A stretch of DNA of 64,000 nt from Candidatus Hydrogenedentota bacterium (GCA_045863335.1 BTVY01000002.1:96462-160461), one strand, 5' to 3'; counted from the first letter of the stretch, positions 48,986 through 58,310 are shown. Made by a program: numbers and translations. The notes: generated by a model from the sequence alone, not told the origin.

Positions 48986-51271
48986 ATGCGGCGGGGAATG
49001 TCACGTCGTCGGCTGGAGCGAAGCGAAGTCGCGAGAGCCATGGGAACTCTTTGGAGAGAGACGTGGGACGTTCCCGGCATGTTTGTCCGCTTGGGCGGCC
49101 AAGCCATGCCTGCCACTGGGGCGCGACTTCACTGCGTTGCAGTTGCGGACAACGACATCGGGCAGCCCACGTATTACAATATCCCCAATGGGATGACGAC
49201 GAATTATACGTACGACACCCGCAATCGTCTTACGGCGATCGAGCACAAGGACGGGACCACGGTGTTGGACGGGTTTACGTATGCGTTGGATGACGCCGGG
49301 AACATTGCCACGACCACGCATGAGGATGGGTCGTTCTGGGAGTATCTCTACGATGGGCGGTATAGGCTGACGAGCGCGGTCCGGAGCAATGCGAACGAGA
49401 CCATCGAGGCGAATTATGCCTACACGTATGATGCCGGGGACAACCTGCTGACTAAAGTCGAGCCGTTTGAGGATGATTTCAATGACGGCAACTACACGGG
49501 CTGGTCGGCGTGGTCAGGGACCTGGAGCGCGGCGAGCATGGTAGGTGTCTTTCGCTATCACGCTCAGCCGCGTGATAGCTGGCGACGCGGGCGGTTTCGC
49601 TCCGCTGCAACCGCCGGCATGACGCCGGGGTCGGCGGGGACTATTGCCAAGGCGAATACGGACAACGACCTGGAGTTGCGGTTCTCCTACGTCTGCAACG
49701 ACACGAGCAACGCGGGGTATGCGTTGACCGTGAGTCCGCGCTATGCGTCGAGTGGGGACCGGATTTACGTGGAGATCAAGCCGGGCTCGATCAACCTGTC
49801 GCAACGGGTCAGTGGCGTGTGGTCGTCGTTGGATACCAGCGCCACGTCGAGCACGCAGGGCGTCGAGTACACCATCCGCGTCGTGTGCGACGGGCAAGAC
49901 GTGACAGTCTACCGGACCGCGCCGGGCGCGTTGGAAGAGGAAATCCTCTCCACGTCCAGTTGCACGGTCGCCAGCACGAACAATCTTTCCTTCACGCCCA
50001 GCCTGAACGCGGACTTCAGCATCGACAACATCCGCATCCTGTCCGATGACCTCAGCAACGCGACGACGTTTGCCGTCAACAACGCCAACGAACTCACGTC
50101 GATGACGGACTACAACGGCTCGACGACCTTCGGCTTCGACGCCTGGGGGGAGATGACGGGTAAGAGCCGAGGTAGCTACACGGCGTCCTACGCGTGGCGG
50201 TACGGTGGAATGCTTCGGAGCGTTACCTCCAACTTCCCGGGTGAGGGCGGTGCCACCTTCGAGTACGGAGGCGATGGCAACCGCCGGTCGCGCGTCGCGG
50301 GCGCCAGCGAGACCTGGTACAACTGGGGCGCGGGACTCTTAAATGAAGAAACCGGTGATGATGGGCTCGGTTCGTTGAGCCGGCTTTACCTCGCGGGCGG
50401 TCTCGGTGACCAAGTGGGCGGCACGACGCGCTACTCCACGTATGACATTGTCTCCGCCATGCGCGGCACGTACGCCCAGGACAAAAGCGCCGTCGCGAAC
50501 ATCGAATACACGCCCTACGGAAGCAGCCTATACGAAAGCGGTTCAGCGTCACCAATCGGGCATTCCGCGCATATACCGGACGTGGATACCGGCCTGACGC
50601 TCACCCCCGCTCGCCCCTACTCGCCCGAGGTGTGCCGTTGGCTGTCTCCCGAGCCCTTCGGCATTGACGGGCCTAACCTGTACCACTACGCGCTGGGAAA
50701 TCCGGTGCGCTTCTTTGATAGTACGGGCTTGGCGGCTCGAGGGTCCGGCATGTTCGACATTCTTGACCCGGATGCTCGAATCCCGACCAACGGAATGGAG
50801 TTTTACATACCAATATTCACAGATAGCCCCGTCGGCGAAAACATGGCGCAAGGCTTTGGGGGTGGATACAATGGGTTCACTAACGGCTTTAATGACGGCG
50901 CGGGAACCAACATCCCGATCCCGTTCGGCCCAGACTACATGTGTCCTAATGATCCCGACGCACAGGCAGGCGAGTGGTGGGGCTACTGGCCCGGTCTGGC
51001 GTTGGGAATTGCACTTACTGGTGCACGAAAGCCTCGGAGTATGGCTGCACGCGGAAACTTCCTGCGTTCACTCGCAGATGACCACAGGATTCCCTCTTGG
51101 ATGATACCCTGGCTAAAGCGTGGTAAAGTACCTCCCGGATACAATGTCGACCACATCAAGCCGCTTTCGGTTGGCGGTGCGGACTTGCCATCAAATATGA
51201 GGTTGATCGCTCAGGATCTCCATGTGCTTTGGCATAAACGGTTTAACCCTTGGACAAAAGTACGGAAATGA
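48986..51271 (+). CDS. N-truncated Rhs protein with inserted ConA-like domain and C-terminal HNH nuclease toxin
   Basis: YD repeats from ~49150, NPVRFFDSTGL core end, VDHIKPLSVGG....SNMRL...H..WH; true start unclear. Confidence 0.85.
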   Translation: MRRGMSRRRLERSEVARAMGTLWRETWDVPGMFVRLGGQAMPATGARLHCVAVADNDIGQPTYYNIPNGMTTNYTYDTRNRLTAIEHKDGTTVLDGFTYALDDAGNIATTTHEDGSFWEYLYDGRYRLTSAVRSNANETIEANYAYTYDAGDNLLTKVEPFEDDFNDGNYTGWSAWSGTWSAASMVGVFRYHAQPRDSWRRGRFRSAATAGMTPGSAGTIAKANTDNDLELRFSYVCNDTSNAGYALTVSPRYASSGDRIYVEIKPGSINLSQRVSGVWSSLDTSATSSTQGVEYTIRVVCDGQDVTVYRTAPGALEEEILSTSSCTVASTNNLSFTPSLNADFSIDNIRILSDDLSNATTFAVNNANELTSMTDYNGSTTFGFDAWGEMTGKSRGSYTASYAWRYGGMLRSVTSNFPGEGGATFEYGGDGNRRSRVAGASETWYNWGAGLLNEETGDDGLGSLSRLYLAGGLGDQVGGTTRYSTYDIVSAMRGTYAQDKSAVANIEYTPYGSSLYESGSASPIGHSAHIPDVDTGLTLTPARPYSPEVCRWLSPEPFGIDGPNLYHYALGNPVRFFDSTGLAARGSGMFDILDPDARIPTNGMEFYIPIFTDSPVGENMAQGFGGGYNGFTNGFNDGAGTNIPIPFGPDYMCPNDPDAQAGEWWGYWPGLALGIALTGARKPRSMAARGNFLRSLADDHRIPSWMIPWLKRGKVPPGYNVDHIKPLSVGGADLPSNMRLIAQDLHVLWHKRFNPWTKVRK
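49546..49617. repeat. Two-hairpin element in frame in Rhs1
   Basis: GCTATCACGC/GCGTGATAGC and GGCGGTT/AACCGCC stems; copies at ~51847-51918 and 54922-54993. Confidence 0.8.
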
Positions 51272-51660
51272 ATGACGAAATCAGATCTAAGAAACTACTG
51301 GTACGTTATGATGTTCATCGATGCCGTGCAGTAAACGGTGATTTTCTGGTCCCGATACTTGACGGCTCTGGTCCCCATTTTTGGGGTATGAGAAGTAAGA
51401 AATGTGCATCCATAGGTCAGGTGGTGTATGTGGGCACGGAGGTTGGCGTAACAGACCTACTGGATGAGCTTAGTGAGGCGGCCCAGGGGATAGAAGATTG
51501 CGAACGAATCCGGAGCAATCTCCTGAAGTATCTACAGGGGTTGCGGGAATTCAAGATAGGGAACATCTTGGCCATCGAAGCAATGGGTGAGGACACGAGA
51601 GACTTTCGAATTATCAAAGTCGCAGACCACGAACCTTTCGAAAAAGGAAAACTACCGTAG
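51268..51660 (+). CDS. Putative immunity protein for the HNH toxin
   Basis: ATGA overlap with Rhs1 stop; low GC; small. Confidence 0.7.
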   Translation: MNDEIRSKKLLVRYDVHRCRAVNGDFLVPILDGSGPHFWGMRSKKCASIGQVVYVGTEVGVTDLLDELSEAAQGIEDCERIRSNLLKYLQGLREFKIGNILAIEAMGEDTRDFRIIKVADHEPFEKGKLP

Positions 51661-51727
51661 ATTCCCGACCAAATTCCGACGTACGAGCACGAAGTTGGGA
51701 ATTTGAGCGAGAATTCGATGAAAGGAA

Positions 51728-53470
51728 ATGAAGGGACAGACCACGATATACACTGAGGTCGAGCCGTTTGAGGATGATTTCAATGACGGCAACTATACGG
51801 GCTGGTCTGCGTGGTCGGGTACGTGGAGCGCGGCGAATATGGTAGGTGTCTTTCGCTATCACGCTCAGCCGCGTGATAGCTGGCGACGCGGGCGGTTTCG
51901 CTGCGCTGCAACCGCCGGCATGACGCCGGGGGCGGCGGCGACGATTGCCAAAGCGAACACGGACAACGACTTGGAGTTGCGGTTCTCCTACGTCTGCAAC
52001 GATACGAGCGATAGCCAGTATTACTTGACCGTGAGTCCCCGGTATGCGTCGAGCGGCGACCGGATTTACTTGCTCATCAAGCCGGGGGTGGTCAACCTGA
52101 ACCAGCGCGTGGGCGGCGTGTGGTCGTCGCTGGACGCCCAGGTTCTCACAAGCACGCAGGGCGTCGAGTACACCATCCGCGTCGTGTGCGATGGGCAGAG
52201 CGTGCAGGTCTACCGGACCGCGCCGGGCGCGCTGGAAGAGGAAATTCTCTCCACGTCCAGTTGCACCGTCGCCAGCACGAACTACATCTCGTTCACCCCG
52301 TCTGCGAATGCAGACTTTAGTATCGACAACGTCCGCATCTTGTCTGATGACCTCAGCACCGCGACGACCTTCGCCGTCAACAACGCGAATGAACTCACCT
52401 CCATGACGGACTACAACGGCTCCACCACCTTCGGCTTCGACGCCTGGGGCCGTATGACCTCCAAAGCCCGCGGCAGCTACGCCGCCGCCTACGGCTACAA
52501 GTACGGACAGATGCTGTGTAGTGTGGCGAGCAACTGGCCGGGCGAAGGGGGGGTGACGTACGATTACGGCGGCAACCTGCAACGGCGGGAACGGATCGTG
52601 GATAGTACGACGGTCAGGTACAATTGGGACGGCGGTTTCGGCCTTGTTAGCGAAGAAGACGACTCCGGGAATCTGACGCGCACCTACACCGGCCGTCTTG
52701 CGGACGTAAACGGGAGCACCCCGGCTACGGGAACTAGCCGGTACTACCATGGAGACAATCTCGGTTCCACCCGACTAGTGACGGATAGTTCGGCAGCAGC
52801 ATTGGCCGCCAACGAATACACGCCGTACGGCTCTAGCTTTTTGACTACTGTGGAGAGTAGTAATTGGGGCTTTGCAATGCTCGGTGACGATACTTCAATC
52901 GGCATGTTCTTTGCGCCGTTCCGTTACTACTCTACGGGCACTTCTAGATGGGCCACTCGCGACCCAGTGCCCTACTTCGCCGCAACGAATAAGTTCGGGT
53001 ACGCCCATAATAATCCGGTATCGTTCAGTGATGCGTCGGGCCTTTGGCCATTAGACATAGTTGCAGGAGGCTTGTTCTCCTTTATGGACGAGCGTGCACG
53101 AGGTTGCGGTTTTGGAAGTGCGGTTTTAGCGGGGTTCATTTCCGCCGGGGTGGCTGCAGCGCCTTTGCATTGGGGTGTTTTTAGTGGTACGGCAGGTGGC
53201 GCTTTAACGTCGTGGCTGCGCGGTGGTGACTCTAACGCCATAGCCGATGCCGCCATTGCTGGCGGAATTGCAAACGGGCTTCTTGGTTCAGCAGGTGATC
53301 TCGTTGAAAGTGCAGGCTATATCGCTGCAGCGAGCGGAAACTGGGCGGTGGGGACAGCCGGAGTCGCGCTCGGAGCGATCATAGGTGGTGCCGGTGCCAG
53401 CATCGCCACGTCGTTGACAGATTCTTTGAGCCCCCGTGGTAAGTATACTGGCAATTGTCTAATAGAATGA
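51728..53470 (+). CDS. Orphan Rhs core with Gly/Ala-rich hydrophobic (pore-former-like) C-terminal domain
   Basis: ~0.8 kb closely similar to Rhs1 from VEPFEDDF; YHGDNLGSTR; NPVSFSDASGL; glycine-zipper helices after it. Confidence 0.85.
   Translation: MKGQTTIYTEVEPFEDDFNDGNYTGWSAWSGTWSAANMVGVFRYHAQPRDSWRRGRFRCAATAGMTPGAAATIAKANTDNDLELRFSYVCNDTSDSQYYLTVSPRYASSGDRIYLLIKPGVVNLNQRVGGVWSSLDAQVLTSTQGVEYTIRVVCDGQSVQVYRTAPGALEEEILSTSSCTVASTNYISFTPSANADFSIDNVRILSDDLSTATTFAVNNANELTSMTDYNGSTTFGFDAWGRMTSKARGSYAAAYGYKYGQMLCSVASNWPGEGGVTYDYGGNLQRRERIVDSTTVRYNWDGGFGLVSEEDDSGNLTRTYTGRLADVNGSTPATGTSRYYHGDNLGSTRLVTDSSAAALAANEYTPYGSSFLTTVESSNWGFAMLGDDTSIGMFFAPFRYYSTGTSRWATRDPVPYFAATNKFGYAHNNPVSFSDASGLWPLDIVAGGLFSFMDERARGCGFGSAVLAGFISAGVAAAPLHWGVFSGTAGGALTSWLRGGDSNAIADAAIAGGIANGLLGSAGDLVESAGYIAAASGNWAVGTAGVALGAIIGGAGASIATSLTDSLSPRGKYTGNCLIE
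51847..51918. repeat. Two-hairpin element in frame in Rhs2
   Basis: One mismatch versus the Rhs1 copy, in the second loop. Confidence 0.8.
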
Positions 53471-54018
53471 CACCTTTGGAGCACCTAGGCATGATGCAAG
53501 TGAGTGGTTCTCGCCTTACAATCAAGCTAAGTGCGGTTTCCAAATGGACCATAACGACAGCGCTGGTGATAGAACTCCTTTTTTTGACGACCGGGTTTGC
53601 GTGGTTGTGGCAGTCTTTCATGCTGGAAGGACCCGCTTCGCACTCGCTCGGTATTACGACGTCCCTTTTGGCAATTTTCATTCTTGTGTTGGCCACTAAT
53701 ACGGCAGTGGTGTTTAAAGATTTGTCCAATCTACAACGAGTTATCGAAGTCACTCCCAGCTATATACAAATCATTGGGCCAAGGGGCTGGAGTCGGCAGT
53801 GTGATTGGTGCTGTCTTGATCGAATAACGCGCGTGCGCAGTTGCGTCTATCTCCATTTTAGCGGTTCACCCCCTTTGGAGCTCGCTTATACCCGTTGGCT
53901 CGGACTAAGGCGGCGCGAGTTGCGGAAGGTCTTTGAAATAGCCAACAAACCATATCCACAATCATGGCTATGTACTTTAAGAGTTAAACAGTATGACAAT
54001 ACAAAGGGATCTTCATGA
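53467..54018 (+). CDS. Putative membrane immunity protein
   Basis: ATGA overlap with Rhs2 stop; two TM helices plus PH-like soluble part; low GC. Confidence 0.65.
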   Translation: MTPLEHLGMMQVSGSRLTIKLSAVSKWTITTALVIELLFLTTGFAWLWQSFMLEGPASHSLGITTSLLAIFILVLATNTAVVFKDLSNLQRVIEVTPSYIQIIGPRGWSRQCDWCCLDRITRVRSCVYLHFSGSPPLELAYTRWLGLRRRELRKVFEIANKPYPQSWLCTLRVKQYDNTKGSS

Positions 54019-54187
54019 TAGGTATAAGTGAAGGAAGGCTTCTGCGCCGCGTTTCACATAAAAGCCGAGGCACTTCTGCAAGTACGTCTCAGATGTCGTA
54101 TCTTGACGACGGCAAGCATTCAATGGCAATAAAGGGGACGGCAACTTTTGACTATTGAATAATAGGATACGGCAACCTTTTATTGCG

Positions 54188-54445
54188 TATGACAATTATG
54201 GGCGGCTTAGCAAGGTGGGCGCCGGTTCGACGGGGACCTTTGACCCGACGGAGTATTTCTTCGACTCCACGACGGGGTTGATGACGAAGATGCGGTACAC
54301 GTCGGATACGAGCACGTTTGACGCAAACTATTTCTACGACAGCCTGGCGCGGGTGACGAAGATTACGGATTGGATCACGCCTGCGGCGTCACTCACGTCC
54401 ATCACGGATTACGATAACTCGACATTGACCTACGCCTTCGACGCA
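54188..54445 (+). pseudogene. Rhs/YD-repeat remnant
   Basis: YDNYGRLSKV..FDSTTGLMT..YDSLARVTKITD..LTSITDYDNSTLTYAFDA; no toxin tip. Confidence 0.75.
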
Positions 54446-54643
54446 CGTAGTACTCGCTCGGTCGCCGACCGCGCGAGGTTTTGTAAAGGGCGAGTTGGAA
54501 GAATCCCTAATAGTTCGGGGCTATCGATAGTGTTGGCGAATGCCGCGCTCGTCGAGCGAGGCAGTACGAATGGGATTCACTCCTTTGGCGTGACGCGCGC
54601 GCCGACGAAGATTGCGCCAAAGGACGAAGCGAGCGCGCTTCGC

Positions 54644-55345
54644 TCAGGGGACATTAGGCACGTCGATACCCGGCTTCGGTATGTCGGGCGTTGGGATCGA
54701 CGGGGGTACTCCTGGAAGGCCGGGCATGAGGTCGCTGGGCATGAGTGGAGCGTTCGGGTCGTCCATCGGTGACCCGCCTGCTTGCAGGTCCGCGATGAGC
54801 CGTTGCAGTTCCGGCTGATTGGCGTCGATGGATAGACTTTGTGCGAAATACCGGTGCGCCATGGCGGGTTGGTGTTTCTCGTTGAGGTAGATCATGCCCA
54901 GTTCGCGGTAGATGCGGGCTTTGTCTCCAGGTATCACGCTCGGCCGCGTGATACCTGGCGATGCAGGCGACTTCGCTTCGCGGTAGTCGCCGGGAAAGGT
55001 GTCCATCCGCTCCAATTGCGCTATCGCCTCGTCGATACGTCCCTGCTCCTTCAGGCAGGTGAAGGCCAGCCAATTGGCCTCGGGTTCCAGGGGGTCCTGC
55101 TTCAACAGTCGCTCGAAGAGGGGCAACGCCTCGCGGTGGCGGCCGGTCTGGACGTAGACCTTGCCGAGGTTCCGCAGCGACGTGCCGTACTCCGGGTCCG
55201 CCTCCAACGCCTGCGTGTAGTACCGCTCTGCCGCTTCCAGTTGCCCGTACTCCGCGCAGACACTGCCGAGGTTGTTCAGCGTCTCCTTGCCACCCTCGCC
55301 GATGCGGAGGGCCGTGTCGAATGCCGCCATGGTCTGCGTGGTCAC
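54644..55345 (-). CDS. TPR protein (probably the 3' fragment of a longer gene) with in-frame hairpin element
   Basis: NNLG..G..EAA..Y..AL..DP TPR units; Pro-rich tail; insert YREAKSPASPGITRPSVIPGD between helices. Confidence 0.7.
   Translation of the reverse strand: MTTQTMAAFDTALRIGEGGKETLNNLGSVCAEYGQLEAAERYYTQALEADPEYGTSLRNLGKVYVQTGRHREALPLFERLLKQDPLEPEANWLAFTCLKEQGRIDEAIAQLERMDTFPGDYREAKSPASPGITRPSVIPGDKARIYRELGMIYLNEKHQPAMAHRYFAQSLSIDANQPELQRLIADLQAGGSPMDDPNAPLMPSDLMPGLPGVPPSIPTPDIPKPGIDVPNVP
54922..54993. repeat. Two-hairpin element in frame in TPR gene
   Basis: CCAGGTATCACGC/GCGTGATACCTGG and GGCGACT/AGTCGCC stems. Confidence 0.8.
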
Positions 55346-55563
55346 CTCGCTCTAGCGTCAAGGCTTTGTGGTGGCGAGGGCAAGCCCTCGCAGTCCATAG
55401 GGGGCCGCTCCGTCGTCGGGCAATAAAGGCAATAAATGGGACAGCTTATTGCATAATCGGAGCGTCACCACTGACGTGACCTTGATGGTGAAGGCCGGAT
55501 GGTTGGTGTTGAGCACGATGGCGAATACGCCGGTGAGCGGCAACTCGAATTTGTCGGCGTACA

Positions 55564-55710
55564 AAGGATTACTTATTGGATACGACGAACTACGAGCGAT
55601 GGACGTATCAGTACGACTCGACCGGCAAGCTCACGAAGGTCCTGACGCCGGCGACGAAGGTGTAGCAGGAGTACGGATACGATAGCTACTACCGTCTTAC
55701 GAAGGCGCGG
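55564..55710 (+). pseudogene. Rhs/YD-repeat remnant with internal stop
   Basis: Hand translation: WTYQYDSTGKLTKVLTPATKV*QEYGYDSYYRLTK (TAG 55663-55665); absent from the ORF track. Confidence 0.7.
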
Positions 55711-55715
55711 CCCCG

Positions 55716-56477
55716 TCAAATCACGTCGTCGTGGAGCTTTTGGGCCATGAGCGGCGGGCACCCGTTGCACCGGCGCGTCTTCTTGGAAACGCCTTCGGGG
55801 ATCTCGTGCGGAAGGGTCGAGTCGTTGATGACCGATGACAACTTCCGCTCGAAGAAATGGCCGAGCCGGAACTGTTGTTCGCCGAGCACCAGGCCGCATG
55901 TGTACATATTACCCATGGGCCCGACGCAGGTCATGGTGTGGGGCAGTTCACACTTGGGCGACACGATTTCGTCGTCGAGGCCGTCCGCGTTGTACACGCG
56001 AAATCCGTAGGCCTCCGCGAAGTGCGCCGAATCCATGTGCTCGCCATCCACGAAGAGCCGGACTTTCTCCATGTCCAGCTTCTGGAGGGCCGCGGCATCA
56101 CGATCCGTTAATGGCGTGGCGAACAGATGTATGCCGACGACCATGCCGTGGGTCATCTGCGCCCAGTCGCACAACTGGAAGAGGTGCGGGTGATCGGCAA
56201 AGGAGGAACTGATGCTGATGATGAGACTTTGCGAACCGACGGACGCGCATTCGTCGATGATGTCGAGCAGCTCATCGAGGGACAGGGGGCGTTCTTCGCT
56301 GCCGTTCGTTTCGTAGGCGGACGACTCGGGCAAGTGCATCCAGAGATATTTGATCTTGCCGTCCGGCTGCTCTTCGGACTGCTTGCAACACTGCCCGAGC
56401 CCTTCGGAAACCGATCGCACGATTCCGAAGGGATCGTCGCCTTGATAAATGCTGGTCCAACGTTTTCGAGAACTCAC
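55716..56477 (-). CDS. Degenerate radical-SAM-like protein with SPASM/Twitch domain
   Basis: LSLDELLDIIDECASVG PqqE-like segment; CELP...GPMGNMYTC...LG and CNGC; no CxxxCxxC. Confidence 0.6.
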   Translation of the reverse strand: MSSRKRWTSIYQGDDPFGIVRSVSEGLGQCCKQSEEQPDGKIKYLWMHLPESSAYETNGSEERPLSLDELLDIIDECASVGSQSLIISISSSFADHPHLFQLCDWAQMTHGMVVGIHLFATPLTDRDAAALQKLDMEKVRLFVDGEHMDSAHFAEAYGFRVYNADGLDDEIVSPKCELPHTMTCVGPMGNMYTCGLVLGEQQFRLGHFFERKLSSVINDSTLPHEIPEGVSKKTRRCNGCPPLMAQKLHDDVI

Positions 56478-56489
56478 GTCTACCCCGCC

Positions 56490-58010
56490 CTATTGCTCCA
56501 ATGCTGCCAGACGATGATTGATCGCCCCGAGCGCGCCGTACACATCCCGGTAAATGGCGTACCGGTCTGCGAACTGCTGGACGCGATCGGCGTCTGGCGT
56601 ACACACATCCTCAAATGTAACGATTCTACTCGCGGCGGCCTTCAGGTCCGGCAGTAGCCCGACCGCATGTCCCGCCAGCATGGCGACACCCAGTGAGGCT
56701 GCCTCGGAGATCTGCAGCACGGACACGGGTATGGCCATGATGTCCGCTTTCCGCTGTATCCAAGTCCTACTCTTCGCGCCGCCACCGATGGCTCGGAGCC
56801 GCGAAATTCCCACTCCCGCGTTTTGTAACATTTCCAGATTCAATTTCATTTCATAGGTCACGCCGGAAAGTATGGCGGCGACGAGATCCTCTTTTTTCGT
56901 CTGCAATGTGAGGCCCAGAAGGGCGCCGCGGCTGGCCGTATCGAAATGGGGCGTGCCGGTCACGGTGAAGTGCGGCAACACCAGCAGATTCTCGGCCTCC
57001 GGGCTGACGCCGGCGCAGATGATATCGTAGACGTCCCTCCCACTCTGTTCGGCTTCGCGCTTCTCGTCGGCGGCGAAGGTGTCGCGGTACCATTTCAGGA
57101 GCGAGCCGCCCGTAAAGTTAAAGGCGATAGAGGCATAGAGCCCCGGCACGCAACTGGGATAGCAGCAGATGTTGTTGTTCGCCATCCGCTCATCCATGGT
57201 GAAATCCGGGAAGATCGGGCAGATACACTCGACGGTCCCTGTAGCGTAGACGGCTTCGCCCCCCTCCAATATTCCCGCGCCGAGGGCGCCCGCCGGCTGG
57301 TCGTGGCCACCTGTGGCCACGACGATGCCCCGGGGCAGGCCGATGTCGTCCGCGATGGCGTCGGGAATCTCGCCGAGGGCTTGCCCGGAAGGGGCGGTCG
57401 CGGGGAGTTTAGCGGGATCCACATCGGCTATAGCGAGGATTTCGGAGGACCACTCCCCCGCTTTCGCGTCGAGCGCCATGGTGCGCCCGGCGAGGCTGTG
57501 GCTCATCGTCGGCGGGACGCCGAGACGGTACTGGACGTAGTCTTCGTAGCAGAGGAATTTGGCCGCCTTGGAATACACCTCGGGCTGGTTTTCTTTGAAC
57601 CAGAGAATCTTGTTGATCGTGTACATGCCGTGAAGGGGCATGCCGGTGTGTTGGGCGAGTTCGAGGCGGGACTTTCGTTCGAGCCACCACGCGGGCATGT
57701 CCGCCGTGCGGGCGTCGAAGGTGACGGGACTCGGCGCGAGGCAGGCGCCCTTCTTGTCCACGGGAGTGACGGCTTCGCCCTGGGCGGACATGGCCATGGC
57801 TTTGACGGGATCGGCCTTGGTCTTCGACGCGACTTCGCCCAGGACTTCGCGGACGCTCCGCCACACCTCGTCCGCGTCCAACTCCTGCCACCCCGGCCGC
57901 GGCGACCGCAAGGGATACTCCCGGTACGCCGACGCCAGCACGCGCCCGTCCAAATCGAAGGCGACCGCCTTCGTGCCCGTGGTCCCCACATCCAATCCCA
58001 ATAGACTCAT
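56490..58010 (-). CDS. FGGY-family carbohydrate kinase (xylulokinase-like)
   Basis: LGLDVGTTGTK, GGHDQ, TGT, GGGAKS, EAASLG. Confidence 0.93.
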   Translation of the reverse strand: MSLLGLDVGTTGTKAVAFDLDGRVLASAYREYPLRSPRPGWQELDADEVWRSVREVLGEVASKTKADPVKAMAMSAQGEAVTPVDKKGACLAPSPVTFDARTADMPAWWLERKSRLELAQHTGMPLHGMYTINKILWFKENQPEVYSKAAKFLCYEDYVQYRLGVPPTMSHSLAGRTMALDAKAGEWSSEILAIADVDPAKLPATAPSGQALGEIPDAIADDIGLPRGIVVATGGHDQPAGALGAGILEGGEAVYATGTVECICPIFPDFTMDERMANNNICCYPSCVPGLYASIAFNFTGGSLLKWYRDTFAADEKREAEQSGRDVYDIICAGVSPEAENLLVLPHFTVTGTPHFDTASRGALLGLTLQTKKEDLVAAILSGVTYEMKLNLEMLQNAGVGISRLRAIGGGAKSRTWIQRKADIMAIPVSVLQISEAASLGVAMLAGHAVGLLPDLKAAASRIVTFEDVCTPDADRVQQFADRYAIYRDVYGALGAINHRLAALEQ

Positions 58011-58080
58011 GGCCAAACCCCTCCCGAATGCAAAACCTCCGCCATTCTGCGTATCCGCGGAGGGGGTGTCAACCGGCGGG
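57489..58080. repeat. 592-bp direct repeat, copy 1 (kinase promoter and 5' end)
   Basis: Matches 61987-62578 at offset 4498; 7 differences seen. Confidence 0.95.
58044..58072 (-). promoter_or_regulatory. Putative sigma70 promoter of the kinase (duplicated at 62542-62570)
   Basis: TTGACA-N17-CAGAAT on the minus strand. Confidence 0.5.
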
Positions 58081-58227
58081 ACCGATGCATCTTCCATTCC
58101 GCGAACCGGGTTGGCGGTTCAATGCCGGTTCTTGCGCAATCTTCGCACAATGCTGCGCACAGGCTGTTTCCAGAAAACTTGTAACTCTAGATATGCCAAG
58201 CGCCCCACTGGACGCCTAAAATAGCTC

Positions 58228-58256
58228 TTGACAACGCGACACGAACGTGATTTCAT
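58228..58256 (+). promoter_or_regulatory. Putative island promoter
   Basis: TTGACA-N17-TTTCAT with TG extension, directly before the SSR tract. Confidence 0.45.
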
Positions 58257-58263
58257 AGCTACA

Positions 58264-58310
58264 AGTAAGTCAGTAAGTCAGTAAGTCAGTAAGTCAGTAA
58301 GTCAGTAAGT
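58264..58310. repeat. Simple sequence repeat (AGTAAGTC)x5.9
   Basis: Perfect 8-mer tandem. Confidence 0.95.

Noticed and set aside
55663-55665. Amber readthrough (pyrrolysine or recoding) in the Rhs fragment
   Set aside because: The fragment is short, lacks a start and appears frameshifted upstream; decay is simpler
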